This document shows positions 10,254 through 21,299 of a stretch of 64,000 bases of DNA, in pieces. The DNA comes from Auanema rhodensis. Taxonomy: Eukaryota; Animalia; Nematoda. The DNA is taken from assembly GCA_964057225.1 (NCBI GenBank), contig OZ059898.1:14136001-14200000 (forward strand), in the 5' to 3' direction. The notes beneath the pieces are model-generated. The model was not told the DNA's origin. It made no database searches and saw only the letters and a program-made list of their open reading frames with translations. Numbering within the stretch: position 1 is the stretch's first letter; the number at the start of each line of letters is the position of its first letter. The position numbers were made by a program, and so were the translations under genes.

Positions 10254-10390
10254 GACTAGAAGATATATAATAAGACTAGATAAAATACATAGAAGACTAG
10301 AGTGAATGTAATAAGACTAGATATACATCACTAATGAGACTAGAGATAGTCTTACTAAAGGACAAGGATAAAACGGTGGTTCAGACTAGA
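10254..10390 (+). repeat. Six phased GACTAGA motifs
   Basis: Copies start at 10254, 10274, 10295, 10315, 10338 and 10384. Confidence 0.75.
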
Positions 10391-10532
10391 TGAGTCATAA
10401 GATAAAGACAGCAACGAGGAGAGAGAAAAGCGACCGTCCGCGACGGTGGTATAAAAACAGAGTGCCCGTGAATCTCATCAGCCAACGTGATGAGATTGCA
10501 TCGATTGAATGATGGATAATCGCATTCGCGAT

Positions 10533-10585
10533 ACCCCCGTCGAATGCTTGGAAGGCATCCATGCTGACCATTACACCACGAACGC
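10533..10585 (-). pseudogene. tRNA-Gly(TCC) truncated in the T-loop by the insertion
   Basis: Lacks the 3' 19 nt TCGATTCCCCCCGAACGCA. Confidence 0.9.
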
Positions 10586-10778
10586 TACAATAGGTTGTGA
10601 ACTATTAGATTAGATGAGTTGACACATCTTTGACTTCATTGATAATTACGAATGAAAAGCAGAAACATATTTTTTTCAAACGTTTCACATCAAAAATTCA
10701 AAAATGGACAAGCTCAAGTACTTTCAAAATCTTTGCAACATATTGCAATCAAATCATTCACAAAAAATGAAAAATGTT

Positions 10779-10850
10779 TGCGTTCGGGGGGAATCGAACC
10801 CCCGTCGAATGCTTGGAAGGCATCCATGCTGACCATTACACCACGAACGC
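10779..10850 (-). tRNA. tRNA-Gly(TCC)
   Basis: Identical array copy. Confidence 0.97.
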
Positions 10851-11042
10851 TACGATGGGTTGTGAACTATTAGATTAGATGAGTTGACACATCTTTGACT
10901 TCATTGATAATTACGAATGAAAAGCAGTAACATAGTTCTTTAAACGTTTCACGTGAAAAGTTAGAAAATGGACAAGCTAAAGTACTTTCAAAATCTTTGC
11001 AACATATTGCATTCAAATCGTTCACAAAAAATGAAAAATGTA

Positions 11043-11114
11043 TGCGTTCGGGGGGAATCGAACCCCCGTCGAATGCTTGGAAGGCATCCATGCTGACCAT
11101 TACACCACGAACGC
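11043..11114 (-). tRNA. tRNA-Gly(TCC)
   Basis: Identical array copy. Confidence 0.97.
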
Positions 11115-11310
11115 TACAATAGGTTGTGAACTATTAGATTAGATGAGTTGACACATCTTTGACTTCATTGATAATTACGAATGAAAAGCAGTAACATAGT
11201 TCTTTAAACGTTTCACGTGAAAAGTTAGAAAATGGACAAGCTAAAGTACTTTCAAAATCTTTGCAACATATTGCAAAACGTCAAATCATTCAGCAAAAAT
11301 GAAAAATGTT

Positions 11311-11382
11311 TGCGTTCGGGGGGAATCGAACCCCCGTCGAATGCTTGGAAGGCATCCATGCTGACCATTACACCACGAACGC
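11311..11382 (-). tRNA. tRNA-Gly(TCC)
   Basis: Identical array copy. Confidence 0.97.
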
Positions 11383-11578
11383 TACAATAGGTTTTGAACT
11401 ATTAGATTAGATGAGTTGACACATCTTTGACTGCATTGATAATTACGAATGAAAAGCAGTAACATAGTTCTTTAAACGTTTCACGTGAAAAGTTAGAAAA
11501 TGGACAAGCTAAAGTACTTTCAAAATCTTTGCAACATATTGCAAAACGTCAAATCATTCAGCAAAAATGAAAAATGTG

Positions 11579-11650
11579 TGCGTTCGGGGGGAATCGAACC
11601 CCCGTCGAATGCTTGGAAGGCATCCATGCTGACCATTACACCACGAACGC
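11579..11650 (-). tRNA. tRNA-Gly(TCC)
   Basis: Identical array copy. Confidence 0.97.
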
Positions 11651-11844
11651 TACAATAGGTTGTGAACTATTAGATTAGATGAGTTGACACATCTTTGACT
11701 TCATTGATAATTACAGAATGAAAAGCAGAAACATATTTTTTTCAAACGTTTCACATCAAAAATTCAAAAATGGACAAGCTCAAGTATTTTCAAAATCTTT
11801 GCAACATATTGCAATCAAATCGTTCAGAAAAAATGAAAAATGTG

Positions 11845-11916
11845 TGCGTTCGGGGGGAATCGAACCCCCGTCGAATGCTTGGAAGGCATCCATGCTGACC
11901 ATTACACCACGAACGC
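11845..11916 (-). tRNA. tRNA-Gly(TCC)
   Basis: Identical array copy. Confidence 0.97.
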
Positions 11917-12112
11917 TACAATAGGTTGTGAACTATTAGACTAGACGAGTTGACACATCTTTGACTTCATTGATAATTACGAATGAAAAGCAGTAACATA
12001 GTTCTTTAAACGTTTCACGTGAAAAGTTAGAAAATGGACAAGCTAAAGTACTTTCAAAATCTTTGCAACATATTGCAAAACGTCAAATCATTCACAAAAA
12101 ATGAAAAATGTT

Positions 12113-12184
12113 TGCGTTCGGGGGGAATCGAACCCCCGTCGAATGCTTGGAAGGCATCCATGCTGACCATTACACCACGAACGC
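12113..12184 (-). tRNA. tRNA-Gly(TCC)
   Basis: Identical array copy. Confidence 0.97.
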
Positions 12185-12382
12185 TACAATAGGTTGTGAA
12201 CTATTAGATTAGATGAGTTGACACATCTTTGACTTCATTGATAATTACAGAATGAAAAGCAGAAACATATTTTTTTCAAACGTTTCACATCAAAAATTCA
12301 AAAATGGACAAGCTCAAGTATTTTCAAAATCTTTGCAACATATTGCAAAACGTCAAATCATTCACAAAAAATGAAAAATGTT

Positions 12383-12454
12383 TGCGTTCGGGGGGAATCG
12401 AACCCCCGTCGAATGCTTGGAAGGCATCCATGCTGACCATTACACCACGAACGC
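12383..12454 (-). tRNA. tRNA-Gly(TCC)
   Basis: Identical array copy. Confidence 0.97.
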
Positions 12455-12651
12455 TACGATGGCTCTTGAACTATTAGATTAGATGAGTTGACACATCTTT
12501 GACTTCATTGATAATTAAGAATGAAAAGCAGTAACATATTTTTTTCAAACGTTTCACATCAAAAATTCAAAAATGGACAAGCTCAAGTATTTTCAAAATC
12601 TTTGCAACATATTGCAAAACGTCAAATCATTCACAAAAAATGAAAAATGTT

Positions 12652-12723
12652 TGCGTTCGGGGGGAATCGAACCCCCGTCGAATGCTTGGAAGGCATCCAT
12701 GCTGACCATTACACCACGAACGC
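12652..12723 (-). tRNA. tRNA-Gly(TCC)
   Basis: Identical array copy. Confidence 0.97.
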
Positions 12724-12916
12724 TACAATAGGTTGTGAACTATTAGATTAGATGAGTTGACACATCTTTGACTTCATTGATAATTAAGAATGAAAAGCAG
12801 TAACATATTTTTTTCAAACGTTTCACATCAAAAAATCAAAAATGGACAAGCTCAAGTATTTTCAAAATCTTTGCAACATATTGCAATCAAATCATTCACA
12901 AAAAATGAAAAATGTT

Positions 12917-12988
12917 TGCGTTCGGGGGGAATCGAACCCCCGTCGAATGCTTGGAAGGCATCCATGCTGACCATTACACCACGAACGC
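12917..12988 (-). tRNA. tRNA-Gly(TCC)
   Basis: Identical array copy. Confidence 0.97.
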
Positions 12989-13184
12989 TACGATGGCTCT
13001 TGAACTATTTGATTAGATGAGTTGACACATCTTTGACTTCATATATAATTACGAATGAAAAGCAGAAACATATTTTTTTAAACGTTTCACATCAAAAAAT
13101 CAAAAATGGACAAGCTCAAGTATTTTCAAAATCTTTGCAACATATTGCAAAACGTCAAATCATTCACAAAAAATGAAAAATGTT

Positions 13185-13256
13185 TGCGTTCGGGGGGAAT
13201 CGAACCCCCGTCGAATGCTTGGAAGGCATCCATGCTGACCATTACACCACGAACGC
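13185..13256 (-). tRNA. tRNA-Gly(TCC)
   Basis: Identical array copy. Confidence 0.97.
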
Positions 13257-13452
13257 TACGATGGCTCTTGAACTATTTGATTAGATGAGTTGACACATCT
13301 TTGACTTCATATATAATTACGAATGAAAAGCAGAAACATATTTTTTTAAACGTTTCACATCAAAAAATCAAAAATGGACAAGCTCAAGTATTTTCAAAAT
13401 CTTTGCAACATATTGCAAAACGTCAAATCATTCAGCAAAAATGAAAAATGTA

Positions 13453-13484
13453 TGCGTTCGGGAGAATCGAACCCCCGTCGAATG
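13453..13484 (-). pseudogene. Terminal 5'-truncated tRNA-Gly(TCC) fragment with one substitution and a 1-nt shorter G run
   Basis: tgcgttcgggagaatcgaacccccgtcgaatg followed by unique sequence. Confidence 0.85.
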
Positions 13485-13726
13485 AATCTAAGCAGGAATA
13501 TTTTCCAGTTGAAATGTTATGAATAATATTTTTCCTTCAAACTGAATTGTTTTTAGTTGTAATAATAAACAAATTTATTTTTTTTTTGAAATAATAAAGA
13601 CCGGTAACTTTAGTTGATATCCAAGGAACATTCAGACAATCATGACAAAAATGCTGAGAAAGTGATAAAACTGAGTAATTTCGACGAAAGTTGAGGTAAG
13701 CAAATTTAAAATATGGAAAGGAGTTC

Positions 13727-15288
13727 TCATAGCCTTCGGTTAAGAATCGATTTACAGGAATACAGATATCCAACTGCACAACCATTTTCATCGCGTCCTG
13801 ACACCTAGGACGAAGTATTTAGTTAAGCTTTGAATATTAAACATACTGTATATATACATCGGCACGTTCCATCAAGAGAAAGACCGGGGTAAAGCATTTT
13901 GCAAGTTGAATCATGGTCATGAGAGGGCATGCCATCTTCAAAAGGGTTGAGCACTCTGCAGTTATAGGTTGGTCCTGAAAAAAATGGCTGGATTGTGAAT
14001 GGATTAAAAAAACAACAATGTATCACCTCTGTGTGGTTCGTTTCCTCTTTGAATAATAACAGGTTTTGGATGTGAATTGAACAAATGTCGAGAATGTTGC
14101 GAACTCTTGTACTGTGAACTGGTGATGGTTGTCGTTGTAACTTGAGTTGTGCTTCGCATATTATTATTTCGGTGTTGTGGAAGATGGAAATTACTGAAAC
14201 TCCTTAAGAAGAGAAGGTGAACACAGATAAAAAACTAAAAGAAACCTTGTGCTGTGAACTGGTGATTCTTCGTTACTCAACAGTCTTGCGAATGGTCGGT
14301 TTGTTGTGGTGAATGTTGCGATCGGCTGTTTATTATTTTTATTAAAAACAATTTGACCACCTTTTCTCCAAATTGGACCGTGGTTAGATGGGTCTGGGGC
14401 CTTAAATGCTGGAGCAGGTTGATGAGCACTAAAAGTTAAATTAAAATTTCAGATTTCTGGCTGTGTTCGTTTAGAAAACACAATTTCACTACTTACAGAT
14501 AACTTGGTGGTTTGAAATCCATATTGTTTACGTGATTCCGCACAAAACTTCTTTCGGTAGTTGTAGAACTGATTGGAGCCGCTGTAGTGGATATGAATGA
14601 ATCTCTGGTTGTTGGTGAATTGGTGACGAATTTCGGCTCAACAGGCATGGGAGATGTGGCAAAGTAGTCTTTTGGTCCTCTAGTATCGGCTAGAGTGCTC
14701 CATGTATTAACTTTCCGTGTAACAATTGGAACCTATACAAATGTTAATGTGAACTTAATACCGAATACTATGATTTCACGTTCATTGGGCCAAAATTCAT
14801 TTTTGAGTTTTGATATGCATTGTTTAATCAGACCAGGTATAGTCAAATTGCTAACTAATAACCTATTGTTTTAGCTTTTAAATAAATAAATATATTTTGG
14901 GTCAGGAAAGGAAACGCACTTGCTATTAGGTCATTTATTTTTTCAAAAACTTACTTTGGTATACCCTTCTTCATGTCCTTTTCTAAAAACTTGAAATGCA
15001 GGAAGTTGACGAACGACTTGGTCATAAACATCATCAGTATCAGCAGATTTAATGAGATCTTCATTGAAATCATAATCAAATGAATTTGGGTTTGTAAAGA
15101 TTGTTTCATCCATTACAGGCGCTATAAAAACAGTTTAAGTCTACGAAAAAAAAAATTTTTTCACTGCTATGAATTAATTTTAAAAAAAAAAATTTCTTAC
15201 GTCCTCTCCATTTGAATATTTTGATTCTACTTTCATCAATAATAGCTGTAACAACAGTCGCACACAGAATCAGCAGATACAGTTTCAT
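13727..15288 (-). CDS. Spliced gene: secreted Thr/Ser/Pro-rich (mucin-like) protein with a C-terminal 6-Cys domain
   Basis: Signal peptide MKLYLLILCATVVTA; GT-AG exons with Thr-rich tracts; C-terminus GPTYNCRVLNPFEDGMPSHDHDSTCKMLYPGLSLDGTCRCIYT/VSGRDENGCAVGYLYSCKSILNRRL*. Confidence 0.75.
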
Positions 15289-16253
15289 CTAAACGAACCA
15301 AAATATTAAGAAAATTCACGCATAATTCAATAAAATAACGAATTGAAATGATGAGAATATCAAATATTGTTCATGACGAATACATTTATATAAGTATTTT
15401 GAAACATAATTGGGTACAGGGTCAGAATTTTAGTAAAAACTGACATGATGCAAGCAAATGACCCTAGCCGACCTTGCCATCCCAATGAAATTGAAGAGTT
15501 TGGATTGATAAGAAGCTGCTCGTGTATGTCTGGTCATCAGACACAGAATACGTCAAACTGCGATTTTATGATTGAGTGCTATTTAATTTTTTTGCTTTTT
15601 TTTTAAATAGAGAATAAGAGAGAAAAACTGAATATATTTGATGGACTGCAAGTCAAATTGGAGTAGGTTGCTGGAAACTGAGATAAGTGATGAACTAAAT
15701 GTATATACGAGGATGACTATATTCGAATGAATATATGATATAACTCTGACAAACAAATATAATTTCGAGATAAGTTAAGATACATTTAAAGATATTTCTA
15801 TAAAGAACAAAAATAAAATTGATATCAGACTAAAAAAAGAAACTATAAAAATAGTTGATGATACTGATAAGTATATGGTGAAGAGAGAAAGTTGAAGAAA
15901 GTGAGAGCGGAATAGCTTACTTACGTAAAATACACACAATTGCCATACTTAAGACTTTGCAACTTAATATACTATATATGGTGTTAGGTGTTACTGAAAT
16001 GAAATTTTTTTCAAACAAAGCAAACGATCTGCATATAAAAACGGGAAAAAATGATCGTAAGGGGAAGTTGTTAAAATTCTGCATGCTTTGAACAATGGAC
16101 TAACATTCCCAAATTAGAAAATTACACTTTTTGTCGTTGTTTTCATCGTTTTAAAAAAAATAACGATAGCATTTAGACAATTCAAAAAGTTGTTTTACAG
16201 AACAAAACTCCTACAGTTGGCTAATCGAACAAGCTAGATTATTGCTATGTTCA

Positions 16254-18095
16254 CATTATTCTTCAGAATGAATGAGTACATTGTGTAATTGGAGATAGCA
16301 GGTCTAAACTAATTATTATTCGGATTTTCTTTAAACAGGACTTAGCTGCTAAACATGAGTAACAGAATGTGATTATCCGAAAATAAATACAAATAGCAAC
16401 ATACGATCTTGAAATATTTGGTTTGGATGTGAAAAGGAGGAAAGTGGATGAAAACCAGTATAAAGAAAGTGGAAAAGATCCAATGTCCGACCTTCTAATA
16501 AGAAGGTGAAACCAAGAGCTTCCTAAATTTTTTCTAGGAAATACCAGCAAAGAAACAAAATATTTAAGAATGTATTCACAAGAAATCTATTGCAATTTCA
16601 TATGATGAAAATACAAGAAAATATTCTTCTACGTAATTGAAATAGAAATTTACCTCTGACATATCATGCCAATTGAGAATCTCTATGTTGCTTAATGTTT
16701 ATGAAAAGAAGAAACGTAGAGATTTGATTCAAGAAATCTTGTCAAAGGTTATGATAAAGCTTATGATAATCTTGTTTTTCCCTTAATTAATCGGTTAACG
16801 TCAATTCTATCCTTGATCATTCAATCATTTTTATCTCTTATAACCAGAATGAGTGTGACAACATGTTTAACATAGCATGTTTAAACCTTTAATCATTTTG
16901 CAAATTTGTTCTAAAGATATTGGCTCCTTTTTGTATTTCTCCATTTTCAGGGCTTCGTGTAATAGCTCCAAATTAACTTCTGAACACAATATTTACAACT
17001 TAACAGATTAATGAATAAGGCTTTCCCACTATTTAACAGAAATACTTAAAATAATATAGTTGATTACTGTTGGACTGCGATCACTTCAAATTAAATAAAA
17101 GTTTAAATTAATAAAATAATGTTCTTAAAGATCATATATTTTTCTTCCTGTCCACTTGTTGCATCCTAGGTAGGCTACACATTAAACAATTTAATGATAT
17201 ATAGACAATAAATTGTTTCTGACAATACAACATGCATTCTACAAAACATTATTTAGAACGCATTAAATAGGAGTTAGGATTTATTTTGAATATCATAACA
17301 TAACTTTGTAATAAAACCTTTCTGGCTAGATCATTAAAATGCTTTAAATGATAAGATGTGAGAATTGGAATGATTAATGAACACAACTCAAATGTGTATG
17401 GCATAGTTTCTGCAACTATCGAATGAATCTTATTGTTTATAAAGTTTTATTGAAATATATTCTTTGAAAACTAATACATGTACATGTTTCATTGCTGGTT
17501 AATTAAAAAATCTTCTCTTAATTTTTCCGAAACCTTAAACTGTTTATATAAATTAAAAACACATACATATATGTTTTCTTTCCAATTTACTTTCATTATA
17601 AAATTATATACATAAGAATATATGCATATCTTGATGATACTGATCTCGTGATCAACCGGTCAGTTAAACCACAAAAATAAAAATGGCGTCGGCCAATTAC
17701 GCGCGTGACGTGAAAAACTTTACAACTCGAATTCCACAGATTTATTTGAAATGAACAAAGAAACTAATATTTTTTTCAATAGAAAATATAATATTTTAAG
17801 TATATTTGATAAGGGTTTTATTTTAAAACCGAGGCCGTATATCAAGCTACGAACAGCTCAAGACAGGCAACAGTATAAGCTTTTTATGAATAGTTTTTAA
17901 TCGGAAGCGTCATTTCGAAAATATAAAAAAGTTATTGTAAGTGAAAAACTGGGTTTTTTGAATGTTAATCGTTTTTTCCATCTACTAATATGAACCATTA
18001 AAGTTTTAGAGAAACATGAGTACGTAAACTGGAGAACATAATGTTACATTTTGAATGAACAAGCATTTTTGCGTATTATATTTCAAATTCAAACT
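16254..18095 (+). repeat. Segmental duplication, copy 1
   Basis: Blocks 16254-16679, 16728-17015 and 17326-18095 match 19094-19519, 19748-20035 and 20038-20807. Confidence 0.92.
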
Positions 18096-18267
18096 GGATT
18101 ATAGTTCTCATTTACTTCTTAAATTTGGAAAGCGATATGAGGTTTGTATTTTCCTCTCGATTGTGTACAATAGCTATTATGACTTGAAATTAACGACATT
18201 TTTTTCAATATTTCGTTATATATTTAAGCATAGCCATTATATTATGATTATTTTAGTTGACATATAG

Positions 18268-18997
18268 ATGAGTTCTAATACAAAACCTCTAGTAAAGCCA
18301 AGTATCAACAAAACCTTAAGTAATCGAAGGCGCAATCTGAATATTGCAAAGTCTCATAAAGAATACAAAGTTGATTGGGAGTAAGTTCAACTTTTTAATT
18401 TTGTATATAACCATTGCTTTAACAGAGCTACCGAGGTACCGTTATCAGACTTGAATGATATAGCCAGAAAGCATTGTTTTGCTATACTAGTAGTGGGACC
18501 TTATGTATGTATAACTCAGTCATCTTATGACATTTAGTTGTTTAGACATTTTCCCAAACGGAAAACGTGCCATCAATGGCTACAAATGATATGGACACAA
18601 CTGAATTGAATTTTGCAAAAATAGATCTTGATGATGAGTATAATGGGGAAGCGTTCTTCAAAAAGTATTTCTGGGATCATCCAAAGAAGGTAGTGTATCC
18701 TGAACAAGATGCATTGTTTGATCCAAGTGATCCAAATTTTGAACGTGGATCACATACCAAAGTACCATGGATGGTCAAAGCGTGGGTTCTTTTTCATTTT
18801 GTTGTAATGTTAAATTATTTTTCAGCCATTTTATTGGTGAAAACAACTTGCTTTTGAAAAAAATTCTTTTTACTAGTTATGATTTTCTGTACAAACGCTG
18901 TTCTGAAGCACTCCTTGCTTTTTACAAAAAGCAAGTCACTCAATTTGTTACCGATATCAATAAGAATAACACTTCTGCCGAGCTACCTCCATATTAG
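18268..18997 (+). CDS. Four-exon gene of unknown function (~200 aa; further 5' exons possible)
   Basis: GT-AG introns join MSSNTKPLVKPS...KVDW/EATEVPLS...VVGPY/TFSQTENV...YFWDHPKKVVYPEQDALFDPSDP...WMVKA/HFIGENN...ELPPY* in frame. Confidence 0.6.
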
Positions 18998-19093
18998 TTT
19001 GATATCTAATATATTAACCCAGCTTTTCCAATTGTCAATTACGTGTATGCTTCCTATTTCTCAATAGACCTCTTTTAAAATTGTAAATTATCG

Positions 19094-20807
19094 CATTATT
19101 CTTCAGAATGAATGAGTACATTGTGTAATTGGAGATAGCAGGTCTAAACTAATTATTATTCGGATTTTCTTTAAACAGGACTTAGCTGCTAAACATGAGT
19201 AACAGAATGTGATTATCCGAAAATAAATACAAATAGCAACATACGATCTTGAAATATTTGGTTTGGATGTGAAAAGGAGGAAAGTGGATGAAAACCAGTA
19301 TAAAGAAAGTGGAAAAGATCCAATGTCCGACCTTCTAATAAGAAGGTGAAACCAAGAGCTTCCTAAATTTTTTCTAGGAAATACCAGCAAAGAAACAAAA
19401 TATTTAAGAATGTATTCACAAGAAATCTATTGCAATTTCATATGATGAAAATACAAGAAAATATTCTTCTACGTAATTGAAATAGAAATTTACCTCTGAC
19501 ATATCATGCCAATTGAGAACAAACATACATATTTGATCAGTGATCTCGTAATGGAATTCGATTTGAACCACGCCCATTCATTGATACCTGCTATATTCAG
19601 TGCAACTTAAAAATTTAGCTCCATGATGCGAAATTTGAGTTCGAAAATTTTAATAATTTATAGGTTTAGGTAATATCAGAGTAATATTTAACAATAAGGT
19701 ATATAACCATAAAGTGAGATTTATGGAAAAGAAATGTACAGAGTTGGTTCAAGAAATCTTGTCAAAGGTTATGATAAAGCTTATGATAATCTTGTTTTTC
19801 CCTTAATTAATCGGTTAACGTCAATTCTATCCTTGATCATTCAATCATTTTTATCTCTTATAACCAGAATGAGTGTGACAACATGTTTAACATAGCATGT
19901 TTAAACCTTTAATCATTTTGCAAATTTGTTCTAAAGATATTGGCTCCTTTTTGTATTTCTCCATTTTCAGGGCTTCGTGTAATAGCTCCAAATTAACTTC
20001 TGAACACAATATTTACAACTTAACAGATTAATGAAAACTAGATCATTAAAATGCTTTAAATGATAAGATGTGAGAATTGGAATGATTAATGAACACAACT
20101 CAAATGTGTATGGCATAGTTTCTGCAACTATCGAATGAATCTTATTGTTTATAAAGTTTTATTGAAATATATTCTTTGAAAACTAATACATGTACATGTT
20201 TCATTGCTGGTTAATTAAAAAATCTTCTCTTAATTTTTCCGAAACCTTAAACTGTTTATATAAATTAAAAACACATACATATATGTTTTCTTTCCAATTT
20301 ACTTTCATTATAAAATTATATACATAAGAATATATGCATATCTTGATGATACTGATCTCGTGATCAACCGGTCAGTTAAACCACAAAAATAAAAATGGCG
20401 TCGGCCAATTACGCGCGTGACGTGAAAAACTTTACAACTCGAATTCCACAGATTTATTTGAAATGAACAAAGAAACTAATATTTTTTTCAATAGAAAATA
20501 TAATATTTTAAGTATATTTGATAAGGGTTTTATTTTAAAACCGAGGCCGTATATCAAGCTACGAACAGCTCAAGACAGGCAACAGTATAAGCTTTTTATG
20601 AATAGTTTTTAATCGGAAGCGTCATTTCGAAAATATAAAAAAGTTATTGTAAGTGAAAAACTGGGTTTTTTGAATGTTAATCGTTTTTTCCATCTACTAA
20701 TATGAACCATTAAAGTTTTAGAGAAACATGAGTACGTAAACTGGAGAACATAATGTTACATTTTGAATGAACAAGCATTTTTGCGTATTATATTTCAAAT
20801 TCAAACT
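19094..20807 (+). repeat. Segmental duplication, copy 2
   Basis: See copy 1; offsets are 2840, 3020 and 2712 for the three blocks. Confidence 0.92.
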
Positions 20808-20874
20808 ATATGTTTAAGCATAGCCTTTATATTTTGATTATTTAAATTGACATATTAATATAAAGAGAGAATCT

Positions 20875-21035
20875 ATGTAAGTTACTGTACCCAGAACAAG
20901 TTGCATTGTTTGGTCTGAGTAATTCATATTTTGGGCTGTCAACAACGAACCATTACCTAATTATTACAAGAAGCCTGTCAATTTGTTACCAATATGAGTA
21001 TGAATCATACTATTGATGTGTTACCTATTCGTTAA
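20875..21035 (+). pseudogene. Decayed, deleted paralog of the 18268-18997 gene
   Basis: gtacccagaacaagttgcattgtttg resembles gtatcctgaacaagatgcattgtttg; tcaatttgttaccaatat resembles tcaatttgttaccgatat. Confidence 0.6.
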
Positions 21036-21299
21036 ATCATAGGTTGTTAAGTAGAAATTTTTAAATATAATTCTCGAATCTCCGTAGCAGCATTTCTTTA
21101 ATGTGTATTTAGGTTTAATTGCTTATATTATTAAAAATTATCAACCATTATATAATTTTTTTTTAAATTCATACTTATGATATCGGGATCTTACTCTGTT
21201 TTATTTTCACAATATACCACATCTGACAAAAACTTTATACTATAATTTTGAAAGTGATATCCACCATCTTATTTTATATTTACCTCATTATTATGATAT

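Larger units (their letters stand above)
5258..10532 (-). mobile_element. 5.3-kb insertion in the tRNA array containing an internally deleted, env-bearing BEL/Pao (Cer-like) LTR-retrotransposon derivative; possibly composite
   Basis: Array sequence stops at ...tgaaaaatg (5259) and resumes at acccccgtcgaatg (10533). Contains a BEL/Pao-type ORF, 160-bp direct repeats and tRNA-Gly(GCC) primer-site sequences. Confidence 0.85.
10533..13484 (-). repeat. Tandem tRNA-Gly(TCC) array, right block: 10 full genes plus 2 truncated copies
   Basis: Same unit as the left block; ends within a tRNA copy at ...ccccgtcgaatg (13484). Confidence 0.98.

Noticed and set aside
10430-10532. Helitron 3' end suggested by subterminal hairpins
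   Set aside because: No CTRR terminus at the expected distance and no TC start at the other junction
618-13288. Repeated 60-76-aa ORFs (MKSRNIFF.., MVSMDAFQ..) in the array
   Set aside because: They are incidental translations of the tRNA and spacer; presence depends on spacer indels
1-13484. CRISPR-like repeat/spacer appearance
   Set aside because: The constant part is a tRNA gene, the spacers are near-identical to each other, the genome is eukaryotic and there are no cas genes
13487-13494. ctaagc as a telomere-repeat (TTAGGC) seed at the array boundary
   Set aside because: A single 6-mer is expected by chance
16263-19390. Duplicated 95-aa minus-strand ORFs MLVFPRKN.. (16263-16550 and 19103-19390)
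   Set aside because: Non-ATG start; splice signals point to decayed plus-strand exons; identity only reflects the duplication
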